Below, piece by piece: positions 37,301 through 48,409 of a stretch of DNA of 64,000 bases. The notes below the pieces were generated by a model. That model saw nothing but the letters and a program-made list of their open reading frames with translations. It was not told the origin of the DNA and made no database searches. Positions within the stretch are counted from its first letter, which is position 1, and every line of letters starts with the position of its first letter. The DNA lies in assembly GCF_001194135.2 (NCBI RefSeq), contig NC_068986.1, positions 114,859,863-114,923,862 of the forward strand, read 5' to 3'. This DNA is from Octopus bimaculoides. Its lineage: Eukaryota. Both the position numbers and the translations under genes were made by a program.

Positions 37301-40300
37301 TCTCCATCTCCCTCTGATAGATGGGCAACATTTCTAGGTAAATATTCAAGCTTTCAGATTAGTAAGGCAGTAACTGTATTGGACATCCACAAAGCAGAGA
37401 TCTATTTTTTCTGGAGGACTTTCAAGTTCAGGACAATTTAGAGAGATACAGTTCTATATTTAAGAGATGAGGAATTATGTACATTATTTACATTTGGCAG
37501 ATATTTGTCCTCATCTTGTTTGTTGTTAACACGTTTCGGCTGATATACCCTCCAGCCTTCATCAGGTCTCTTGGGGAAATTTCAAACGTGGGTTCTCATT
37601 CCTAAGGTATTTTTCGATGTTATTATTATTATTATTATTATTATTCAGGCCACTGCTTGGAATCAAACTCGGAATCTTGGGGTTAGTAGCCAGTGCTCTT
37701 AACCACTACGGATGTTAAATGATTATGATGATAAATGACTCTACATGAGCACAATTTATAAATATCCATGATATAGCAGTGTTATGAACGCCATCAACAG
37801 TAATGGTGATTATAGCACAATGTCATTAGCAGAGGATGATTCATGATCACTGCCATTAGCAGTAGAAGTACAGTAACGATACAAGACAGACTATATCATC
37901 ATCATCATCATCGTTTAACGTCCGCTTTCCATGCTGGCATGGGTTGGACGGTTCAACTGATGTCTGGAGAGCTAGAAGGCTGCACCAGGCTCCAATTTGA
38001 TCTGGCAAGGTTTCTACTGCTGGATGCCCTTCCTAATGCCAACCACTCAGCAGAGTGTACTGGGTGCTTTTTACGTGCCACCGGCATGAGGGCCAGTCAG
38101 GCAGTACTGGCATTGACCATGCTTGAATGGTGCTTTTTGCATGCCACCGGCACAGGAGCCAGTCAGGTGGCACTGGCAACAACCACATTCGTATGGTGTA
38201 CTTAATGTGTCACCAGCATGGGAGCTAGTCCAGAGGGACTGGCATCGACTATGCTCGAGTGGTGCCTCCAGCATGGGAGCCAGTCATGCAGTATACACTA
38301 TATGAGAGATCTGTCAGGTAGTTTTAGATCAGGCCACGTACAGAATGTACTTCTCAGGTGTGTTTTCTAGAGTACAGAGACTAGGAAGTCTTTATGTAAC
38401 CACTCAATTTTCTAGAAAGAGCAGCTAAATCCTTTTAAAATCATACCCTACAACTAACCTGATTATTATAGTAAAATGAAATTAAGTACACCTAACGAGA
38501 TGGGATGATCACAGAATGCCTTCCATCATAAGTTTGCTCAATCAGGAGTGATCTAACCAACAAATTCTTTCACCATTATTGATAATTCCTAAGCTGTAAT
38601 GACACGTAGATCTTCAAACAGATCTTCTTGGTAGGTTTTCCTTTAACATTCATTCATCTGAAGAAACCAGAGTTCATCTTTAATAGCAATGACAGTTAAA
38701 TCTCTGTTAGTGAAAATAAGGACGAGTAGCAGAAGGGCTACAAACCTGGCCAGTTTCATAAGCTTGACCTCTTTCCCGGGGTCTCTCTAGAACACCAACT
38801 TCAGCTAACCTGTAAAAGACAAACAAGGTGATACAGCATGAATTGGGGGTAGATACATCATTAACTACAAAAGCTATTCAGGGATTTACTATTCTGCACA
38901 GACATCATACTGATGCCAATATTGGAAAAGAGATGTCAAATTCATCCGAAACTAAATTATTTTGGTTCTCATTTTAATACCTGGCTAACCCTTACTGGCA
39001 CATGTGCCGGTGGCACGTGAAAAACAACATTCTAGTGTGGTCGTTGCCAGTACCACCGGAGTGGCTCCTGTGCAGGTAGCACGTAAAAAAAACCTTTTGA
39101 GCGTGAGTGTGGTCGTTGCCAGAACCACCTGACTGGCCCTCGTGCTGATGGTATGTAAAAAGCATCCACTACACTCTCGGAGTGGTTGGCATTAGGAAGG
39201 GCATCCTGCTGTAGAAACTCTGCCAGGTCAGATTGAGCCTGGTGCAGCCACTGGCTCTCCAGACTGCTGTCAAACCGTCCAACCCATGCCAGCATGGAAA
39301 GCGGATGTTAAACGATGATGATGATGATAGAGGATGTGAAGGTGCATGGCCTTGTGGTCAGGCTGTTGCACTCACAATCACAAAATTCTGGATTCCTGGA
39401 TTGTGAAGAGAGCTGTGTTCTCTTGTGTTCTAGAAATAGCCAAGTCTCAAATCACACACTACATAAGGAACTGACATCCTGTTTACCCTTGAAAATGGTT
39501 GAGATTAGAATGATATCGGTCATAGGTGTGCTGGATCAGTGTTAAACTCTGGTTCAATGACAACAATCTAGTCATGCCACAATCCTCAGAAAAGGATGCA
39601 CACATGAGCTTTAACATTGATTCCTGAGACAAGATAGAATCAGACAGTTCCAACACCACCAGGCTTTTCAATATTGTGAAGAAAGTCTCAGCCAGTAGAA
39701 GATTTTCTGAATGGGTTAGAAGCAGAGTAGATATTGTTGGAAGAGAAATGGACAACTAAGGTAACTGAGATAGAGTAATTTTTATTGTTTTATTCTTTTA
39801 CTTGTTTCAGTCATTTGACTGTGGCCATGCCGGAGCATCGCCTTTAGTCGAACAAATCGACCCAAAGACTTATTCTTTGTAAGCCTAGTACTTATTCTAT
39901 CGGTTTCTTTTGCCAAACCACTAAGTGACAGGGACATAAACACACCAAAATCGGTTGTCAAGTGATGGTGGGGAGACTGACACACGTATACATATACATA
40001 TATATATGACGGGCTTCTTTCAGTTTCTGTCTACGAAATCCACTCACAAGGCTTTGGTCAGCCCGAGGCTATAGTAGAAGACACTTGTGCAAGATCCCAT
40101 GCAGTGGGACTGAACCTAGAACCATATAGTTAGGAAGCAAGCCTCTTAGCACACAGTCACTCCTGTTTAGGCTAATCATAGATAACATAACAGCAATATG
40201 TCTCTGCATATGTACCACAATCATGGCCGGCAGACAAACAGCAGAGACTATCTTGCAGACAGTCTTGATAATGAGTGACAATGACCTCATTACAATGGCT

Positions 40301-40929
40301 GGTGATTTGAGACATGTTGTGTAACGTTAAGACAGCTTCTATGGCACAGATAGAGATAATGGCTATGGTTTGAGGAATGAAAATAGATCAAGGCTCCTGG
40401 AGTTCTGTGACACAAATGATTTCACAACACTAACATCAGGAAACCAATCAGCCACCTGATCACCCACAAATTAGGCAAACAAACAAACAAGCTAGATAGT
40501 CTTTATACTCCCCAGGAAAGATGTAGACAGATGGTAGTAAAAGCCAAATAATTTCTCTGATTCAACACAAACTAGTGATTAATGACTCTGTGTGTCCACT
40601 AACTTTTTAGTAAGAGTTAGATGAACACAAGGACACAAAAAAATCTAGAAAAGAAAGATATAAAAGCTGAAAGAGTTACAGTTTCAGAGAAATTCTACAC
40701 GAAACAAGAGGAATACACACATATATATATAATAATAATATTAGGGAGAAAATCCAAAATTACAGGTAAAAACTCAATTAAAATCAATTTATTAAAAATT
40801 AAAATTAAATTAAGTTTCACAGTATAAAATATACATAAATATATAGTTTTAGGGAAAAGAATCAAGGTTTATGAACTCATCAACGAAAATTCACTGTCAC
40901 ATATAGAAAAAATTGGTTCTTTTCCCTAA

Positions 40930-40965
<36 letters not shown>

Positions 40966-43900
40966 TATAAGTGAAAGTTCCAAGAGACCCTGCTGAGGGC
41001 TACAGACCAGATTTGTTGCTGGTGCAAAGCTACAACCAAAAGCATGATGACATGGTGATGGTAAAGTCTTGTAGATAAAGCCACATAAGCTAAGAGACAG
41101 ACATGGAAAGGCTGGAGTGAAGCAAACAGCAATAAGCAATATCAGGTAAGTAAAAGAGAAGCTAGATGTCAGGTAAACTTAGCAAAGAGGAAAGCTGAAA
41201 GTAAGAGGTTTGCACATGTTCTGCATTGAGAGATCAAAGGCCTGAAGTTTTCTGGACTGCAAGGTGGTATAATGGAGAGAACTGATCAGCATCATCATCC
41301 TCGTTTAACGTCTGCTTTCCATGCTGGCATGGGTTGGATGGTTTGACTGAGGACTGGCAAGTCAGGAGGCTGCACCAGGCTCCATTCTGACCTAGCAAGG
41401 TTTCTATAGCTGGATGCCCTTCCTAATGCCAACCACTCCAAGAGTGTAGTGGGTGCTTTTTACATGCCACCAGCATGGGAGCCAGTCAGGTGGCACTGGC
41501 AACGACCACGCTTGAATGGTGCCTTTTACATGCCACCAGCACAGGTGCCAGTCAAGCAGTACTGGGCATCAGCCACAACAATGATTTCATTTGACTTAAC
41601 CATTTCGTTACTGTATTTCTGTTGAGATGCTNNNNNNNNNNNNNNNNNNNNNNNNNNNNNNNNNNNNNNNNNNNNNNNNNNNNNNNNNNNNNNNNNNNNN
41701 NNNNNNNNNNNNNNNNNNNNNNNNNNNNNNNNNNNNNNNNNNNNNNNNNNNNNNNNNNNNNNNNNNNNNNNNNNNNNNNNNNNNNNNNNNNNNNNNNNNN
41801 NNNNNNNNNNNNNNNNNNNNNNNNNNNNNNNNNNNNNNNNNNNNNNNNNNNNNNNGTAAAATAACTTAGTTATCATTAAGTGAGTGTTAGGAACATAAAT
41901 TGTGACTAAGGTTTGGTGGAAGATTTTAATGCAAAACTTATGAAAACAAGACATTTGTACTCAGAGCCAGAGCCGGTTTCAGCCGGGTTGATAACGCAGG
42001 GGTTAACAGGTCTTCTCAAGCACAGCATATAGCCCAATGGATGAAGACCGCAAAATAATGCCACTTGTCATTTCTGGTGGCAAAAATAATAGACATGAAA
42101 ATGATATTATGAGAGGTTGTTAATGAGGAGAATACGTGGGAGAGAGAGGTGTACCTGAAGCAGACTAAACAGAGGGATCAGCCATTGAAGTGGACAGCTT
42201 TAGAGTGGTACAAGTGATAAGGAATGGGAAGGAAGAGGGGAAACCAGCCTTCCTCTCTTTCACTGTGATGCCTATGCAAGCAGGGGAAACATCAAATATG
42301 CATATATTTATTATTCTTTACTGTTAACCCTCATTCTTACTCTATCTCCCATGACACTTTTTATTGAATCCCACCATTCTCTTATGCCATTATCCATCAC
42401 TTACTTTCTCTTACCAACCTCTCTTTTTCTCTCCCTCCCTTACATTGCTCCTTCCTCTATCACTCTTCTTCACTTCCATTACATTTCATATTTTCACCAC
42501 CCTGCTTCCTCCTAATACTTCACCTCCCACCATCATGCTGCCTTTCTCTTTAATCTCCTCATCAAAGCTGTCTATAATCATCTCTCTTCCATTACTCTCT
42601 CACTGCCCCCTCTTCAACACTCAAATTCTCTCTTCTGTCAGCTTCTCGATCATTACTCTCCTATCCACATTCTCAGTCTTGAATAACTGTGAGCAACATA
42701 GAGAGGACCATTTAGTCTTGCAAGAGACAAAGCAACTTCCATAGCGTTGATGCTATGATAAAATACACCAAGTACCCTCTATAATGTAGCTGGTGTTAGG
42801 AAGGGTATCTAGCTACAGAGCCATGCAAGAAAAGGAATGTGGTTTAGACCATGATGATCCATCCAACTCATGTTAGCATGATGCAGAATGAAGAAGAGGA
42901 TGAATTTATTTGCCAACCCAACAAAGGAACCTCTATGAGGTCATTTGATTGGTAAGAAATACCAGCCAAACCTACCTAATTCAAACCTCATTGCAGGGGT
43001 TGGCAAACTGGGGTAAATTACCCTAAATGAGGTAAAAACGAAATTCTTGGGGGTAATGAGGACTCATTAGACATCGGTAAAATTATATAAAAAAAATAAC
43101 CTGTTCCTTGTTATGACAGAGATTTTTCTTCTGATAACAATACATCTGTCCAATGTAATGGACGTATAAACAGGTTCATATAAACAGATTCAATAAACCT
43201 TTTGAATTCAAATAATTTAAAGCACATCCGAGTGTGATCGTGGCCAGGGCCATGGATTGGCTCCCGTCCTGGTGGCACATAAAAGCACTATTCAAGCGTG
43301 ATCGTTGCCAGCGTCGACTTACCGGCACATGTGCTGGTGGCTGATCTAGGGCGGGGGGTGTCAAACAACAACAAATCAAATTCCTGCTACAAACTGACCT
43401 CCTCCTATTCTTTCTACTCAACATTTCGTTATGTCTGACCATTTCTCTGGGCCAAACTCCACATCATCTGCCCATGTCAACGACAGAGTCCCAACGTGAT
43501 CGATGTGCTAGAAATAGCAGTCAAATCACCCTTTGGAGGAATTTCAACCATGTTTCGTGGTCTGCTACCACAACAGCTCCTTTATAGGATCCAGTTAGCT
43601 CAAGACATCATCAGGAGGAACCACGTCCGGTTTCGGCCCTTACTCATCTACCGTTTTGACGTGCCCCCCCCCTTTCGGAGGTGTCTTCAGCTCTGATGTT
43701 GGGTGCGTCTTCTTTCTTCTATTCCCTGGCCTCTTAGAAGAATTACACTGGCGTCTTAAAAAGGGACACGTTGAACAAAGTTGTTGTTTAAAATAAAAAA
43801 AAAAAACAGGACAGCCACAAGTGGAATGTCTATGATCACATGTCTTGCTCAATGAAGGGTGATCTGAGTTTTAACCCTTTGCTTGTTCTACATCTCACAT

Positions 43901-44651
43901 ATAGACACACAGAGCATATTTCTCTGGCATCTACACAGCACAGACGATACACATTCCCAATTTTTTTTCCCAATCACCAGAGTAACTTGGGATTTTTTAG
44001 TGGAAAGCTTTATATTACTCAACATTTGTGAAACAAGGATTAATTAAAAGTCTGGAAACAAGCATAGACATGTTGGATAAAATCCGTTGAGGACTGGCAA
44101 AGAGTTAAACGACCAGAGCGTGTATCCCAGCCCGGAAGCTATGGCTATTGGTGCAATGCACCTTTTCTTTGGAATAAACAGTGACTGTAGTAGTAGTAGT
44201 AGTAATATCAGTGGTTGTTGCTTAACCATGATTCAGCAAACCTATAATGAATGATGTTCTAACCGTAACCAAATCGTCTTTTTGTATATCAGCGACTACA
44301 TTATTCAATGCAACTCAGTTTTTTTCTTTTTGCTAAAAAAGAAATTAAAAAACAAAAAGATGGCAAGATACGATTTGAAGAAAATTTAACTGCTATTTCT
44401 AGCAAATCGAGATCAAGCGATCTGAGGAGGCTCCCCCCATTGACTCAGGTAGTAGTAGTAGAAATGATTGTGATATAAGCATCAATAGTAGTAGTGGTAG
44501 TAGTAGTGATAAATTTTGCTTACCTTGTGGAATAGAAACAACAGGAGATTGGCGTGATGGACGTTGGCTGGCGTAGACCTTCCCTGAGGCGTTTGCAAAT
44601 GGCCAGACTAAAGTTTGCCTTGAAATACTTCTGAAGCAGACAGACAGCCAT
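24575..44651 (-). CDS. POLDIP2: Polymerase delta-interacting protein 2 (YccV-like plus ApaG domains), 11 coding exons, ~351 aa
   Basis: Exons read manually: 44651-44524 (MAVCLLQK..., resembles a mitochondrial presequence), 38809-38746 (LAEVGV...YETGQ), 36619-36522 (LFLHKVFGYRGIVLFPW), 34920-34821 (KEVKGCTHLYYLVLVDSRDCPYI), 31147-31078 (RAQTEAVTFLGN), 30332-30225 (LDYLAHEDILPY), 29031-28895 (TLRAWQEKNHPWL), 28373-28347 (DSQQTHVFW), 26865-26740 (WRYCVRLENL...RGRGVVGQ), 25552-25473 (EPILSKEQPAFQYSSH), 24692-24575 (RIPPFSLES...stop). All junctions are GT-AG, phases are consistent, total 1056 nt. Motifs match recalled human POLDIP2. Two AATAAA at 24485-24499 (minus). Confidence 0.96.
25806..26560 (-). 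mobile_element. RTE LINE 3' end with family C tail
   Basis: ORF remnant CGRERSGKTWDGVVKHDLQTLGL plus the (CAT)n-ttTAaC tail. Confidence 0.75.
27075..27288 (-). mobile_element. SINE family B
   Basis: Full length; flanked by tgtcctaatgaattc on both sides (TSD-like). Confidence 0.85.
29655..29883 (+). mobile_element. Family C element
   Basis: Matches the family C consensus, with a (GAT)n tail. Confidence 0.85.
31187..31372 (+). repeat. (TAG/TGG)n microsatellite
   Basis: Read directly; in POLDIP2 intron 4. Confidence 0.95.
31530..32215 (+). mobile_element. RTE LINE 3' end with family C tail
   Basis: ERRLRWYGQVLCMDEDSCVRKC, then a 3' UTR ending ggacgttaaacgatgatgatgatg. Confidence 0.8.
32996..33382 (+). 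mobile_element. SINE family A
   Basis: Full length. Confidence 0.88.
33590..33811. mobile_element. piggyBac MITE (same family, opposite orientation)
   Basis: TTAA-ccctttcgtta ... taacaaaaggg-TTAA; interior homologous to 23455-23665. Confidence 0.85.
34196..34602. mobile_element. Tc1/mariner-superfamily (pogo/Tigger-like) MITE
   Basis: TA-ccgtaaatccgcaagtata ... tatactggaggatttatgg-TA inverted ends. Confidence 0.7.
36757..37131 (-). mobile_element. tRNA-derived SINE family F
   Basis: Reverse-complement homolog of 56299-56677. Confidence 0.8.
37450..37711 (-). mobile_element. Family D SINE
   Basis: Same tRNA-like head, (AAT)n, HHR-like core and tail as the copies at 9911 and 52991. Confidence 0.8.
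37905..38285 (-). mobile_element. Family C element
   Basis: Matches the family C consensus. Confidence 0.85.
38990..39328 (+). mobile_element. Family C element
   Basis: Matches the family C consensus. Confidence 0.85.
39787..40162 (-). mobile_element. SINE family A
   Basis: Full length. Confidence 0.85.
40200..41285 (+). mobile_element. Degraded RTE LINE endonuclease/linker fragments
   Basis: GYGLRNENRSRLLEFCDTND (~40360-40420) and LLRATDQICCW (~40990); interrupted by AT-rich sequence. Confidence 0.5.
41288..41580 (-). mobile_element. Family C element
   Basis: Matches the family C consensus. Confidence 0.85.
41600..42002. mobile_element. piggyBac MITE spanning an N gap
   Basis: TTAA flanks and an interior matching the same family. 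Confidence 0.75.
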
Positions 44652-46421
44652 TTGTTTAACCTTTTCTCTCACACAAAGGAGAGAGGGAGAGAGAGAGCTG
44701 TTTTAAGATGTCATGTCCGAATAGCAACCTTTAAAATCATTCAGCCGACCTACAACAACCACAATAATAGAAGAATTAAAATACTTTCTTCTAAAACAGT
44801 CTCGAGGTTATTTTATCAAATTAAAAGTCGCTTCAGTTTATCTGAGAGAAGGGTTTCAACTTGTTTTGTTTCAATTTGTTTCTTGAGAACCAGAGGATAT
44901 ATCATGATACTATTCTGAGAAGAGTGGTAAATTATTGAAATAAAAAAAAATTAATATCTTAGGAAAAATGACGAACAAAACAAAAGAAAATACAAACTTA
45001 TTTCTACTACACACTGTTGTAACTAAAAGCCATCTTCAGCTGGAGAAGACGGTGTTGGCTTACAGAAGTTTCCTTTCTTTATATGTCCGGATTTCCCTTT
45101 GGGCATCATANNNNNNNNNNNNNNNNNNNNNNNNNNNNNNNNNNNNNNNNNNNNNNNNNNNNNNNNNNNNNNNNNNNNNNNNNNNNNNNNNNNNNNNNNN
45201 NNNNNNNNNNNNNNNNNNNNNNNNNNNNNNNNNNNNNNNNNNNNNNNNNNNNNNNNNNNNNNNNNNNNNNNNNNNNNNNNNNNNNNNNNNNNNNNNNNNN
45301 NNNNNNNNNNNNNNNNNNNNNNNNNNNNNNNNNNNNNNNNNNNNNNNNNNNNNNNNNNNNNNNNNNNNNNNNNNNNNNNNNNNNNNNNNNNNNNNNNNNN
45401 NNNNNNNNNNNNNNNNNNNNNNNNNNNNNNNNNNNNNNNNNNNNNNNNNNNNNNNNNNNNNNNNNNNNNNNNNNNNNNNNNNNNNNNNNNNNNNNNNNNN
45501 NNNNNNNNNNNNNNNNNNNNNNNNNNNNNNNNNNNNNNNNNNNNNNNNNNNNNNNNNNNNNNNNNNNNNNNNNNNNNNNNNNNNNNNNNNNNNNNNNNNN
45601 NNNNNNNNNNNNNNNNNNNNNNNNNNNNNNNNNNNNNNNNNNNNNNNNNNNNNNNNNNNNNNNNNNNNNNNNNNNNCCGGCATGCTAACGTTTCTGCTAG
45701 CTCGCCACCTTGAATACCAGTAATATTGAAAACCAGTGTATATTTAGCCAACCATTTCGCCACTTCACAATATTGGTTTCGTATCCGGGTGGGGTGGGGG
45801 TGGGGGTCATTATAGGTGGCTTGTTGAAAATGGTTTAGAAAACCTTTTGGAGACAATCCTCGGGCAACCAGGCGAAGTTTTGGTCGCTCATTGGCTTTCA
45901 CTGGCTTATTTGATCAATGACAGAGCAATACATCTCAGTAACTGGTTATATAAACAGAGATGTATGTGTTTTTTTTATTTCTCGGTAAGAATCAATGGAA
46001 TCGCTCGCAGTCTACTTTTGTTTTGTTTGTTGCAATACGAGACACTTCTCAGATGAACGAAACATCAATTTGCCGTATCTCGATTCCTCTAGGTTGCTTC
46101 ATTTCATATGCTGAGTTCCTCTTTATTATCATAGCAACAGTTTTCCTTTCACACTACACGTGACACTACGCGTTTACCTCAAAATGATTGTTGTGAGTGA
46201 AAATAGTTACTTTTCTAGGCATGAATTTCTGTTTCAGTCAAATCTGTATTTTTACGATCTTTTGGAAATAAATACTTGAATTTTAACGACATTGATTTAT
46301 CTTTCCACTTAGGCTGGTAGAAGTCTACCTTCTGGTGATTTGTAGAAAGTAAAGAGAACTTGCTTATAGATTTTATTGTTGTCTCTCGCATCCATATTTT
46401 GTACAAAAAGTATAAACAGTA

Positions 46422-46452
46422 ATGAAGAGGTCTAATAAGACCGAAACACGTC
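46422..46452 (+). ncRNA. Degenerate Penelope-type hammerhead motif
   Basis: aUGAAGA-GGUC-uaauaa-GACC-GAAA-CACGUC. C3 is mutated and the helix I partner is missing. Confidence 0.4.
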
Positions 46453-46777
46453 ATCCCCCGACTGCATACTGTTTTAATCAATCCTATCAATTAAAAATTG
46501 GGAGTTGTCCCACCTTGGCTTTCTTGAGAAGATATTCATAAAGCTCAAAGAAAGTATGGATGTAATTTAGATCACTAAAATAAGTGTGTGTGTGTGTGAG
46601 AGAATATATTAAAGTTTATTTTATTTTCTGTGTACCACCGGAAGCTAAGGTCGAGTCACTCTGGCCTAAGCTAAAACCTACGATATAGTGTTTTCTATAT
46701 CTGGGGGGAAAAAATCTCTTCATTCAACCAAAAAATTTATGCACTTTGCACTTTAAACCCATAATATACAACAATAG

Positions 46778-46990
46778 AAAGGCGGTGTGCTGGCAGAATC
46801 GTTAGCAGGCCGAGCGAAATGCTTAGCGATTTTGTCTGTCTTTACGTTCTGAGTTCAAATTTCATCGAGGTCGACTTTGCCTTTTATCCTTTTGGGGTCG
46901 ACAAATTAAGTACCAGTTGCGTCCTGGGTCGTTCTAATCGACTGCCCCTCCCCCCAAATTTCTGGCCTTGTGCCTAGAGTAGAAAAGAAT
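46778..46990 (+). mobile_element. SINE family B
   Basis: Full length. Confidence 0.85.
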
Positions 46991-48409
46991 ATACTATGAT
47001 AGATAAATACAATGAAGTGTAGCTTTGTAAGTGGATTTGATAGGCGGAGACTGAAAGAAGGCCGTCGTACATACATATTTATATTTAGTTAAATGTATGT
47101 CCGGTCATAGAATGACCAATGATTTCACCTCCGTAAAGCGCTTAGCTTTATAGACAATTCGTCAGACCAATTCTAATGGTGGAGGGCATATAACTTCTCT
47201 TCGATCCAGAGGTAGAAATCTGTTATGGTCAGTTAATTTATAAACAAAGAATAAAATACCAATTTGTGTTGAAAGAGCCAAGACGAGTCATCTCCCTTAG
47301 ACCAATTCAGTTGGCAAATGGACTTTAGGGACGGACAAGGAATCTCCGCCCTTAGGCTGTTTCCGGTTTGCAAGGACCTTTTCTGGCTCTAATCAATGAA
47401 TGGGGAATCCCATGCCTACAGCATGTAGCATTTCAAATGGGGGAAGGAGTTATAGATTTCATTATTTTGTACCCCCCGACACTATAGCAAGCCTATCAGA
47501 TGTTCCCGATAGAAAAACAGTAGAGAGTTATCTACAGAATCTGAAGATGTATGTAGAAACTTTAATTTAAAAAATATTCATTTTTCTGAAAGTTATGAGG
47601 AAACAAATTCGTTATGTATATTGAGTAGGGGACACTTGTGTAGATATGCCCAATGAACAATGTTTCAGTCAGTAAAAGACAAAGATCACACACAAATTAC
47701 AAACTACAAACAAAATAAAAATAACGTTTGAAATGGGTTGACGCATTACAGTCCAAAATAATTAAAACCAGAAATAAGGAATGCGGTGACATAAGTTCCA
47801 TTGCGTTTCGCTACTAACATTCCAGTAGTTATACCTTGTTCTGTCAGTTGTAAACAAACTACGTTTCCTGAGGATATGATTTAACGCAAACGTCAATAAA
47901 TATATGATTAAAATGGCATTCACAAAATTCAGCCAAGTAAATCACTTAAAACAGTGTATAACTGAACGTCTGTGTTTAAAGATATGTTTTTGAATTCAAA
48001 ATTTTAAGTTCTGAGAAAAATGATTTGTTTTTCTGTCACTGAAACGAATGAGATTGCAGTTCTCCATTCCAGTAATTTTAAGCAACTACATTGTTTTCGA
48101 CATATCGCTAACATTTTATGTCAATCCTTTCCAAAAGCTACGTCGCTGACTAAACAACGTTCTACATCCACCTTATTCTATTTATACACCACATTCTTTG
48201 TGGCTATGAACAAATATATATTAAAGATCATCTATCACCAAAATAGTCACGATATCACAACTATATAAAGTCACTTATCAAACACGTACTAGCTTTGAAA
48301 CACTCACGTGTTTATGTGTAATATTGTGAAAAGGCAATAAATAATATACATAAACAAAATGACTAGTTTCAGGTCGAGGTAACAGGTTCTGTTACTAGAT
48401 ATCTTCGGA

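Noticed and set aside
42994-43130. caggggttggcaaact as one end of an hAT MITE
   Set aside because: No matching second TIR or TSD was found.
43505-43700. CUGAUGA...GAAAC and CUGAAGA...GAAA on the minus strand as further hammerheads
   Set aside because: Helix I and helix II pairing could not be completed convincingly.
47541-47565. CUGAAGA-uguaugua-GAAAC
   Set aside because: Weak helix II, and no helix I or cleavage-site partner.
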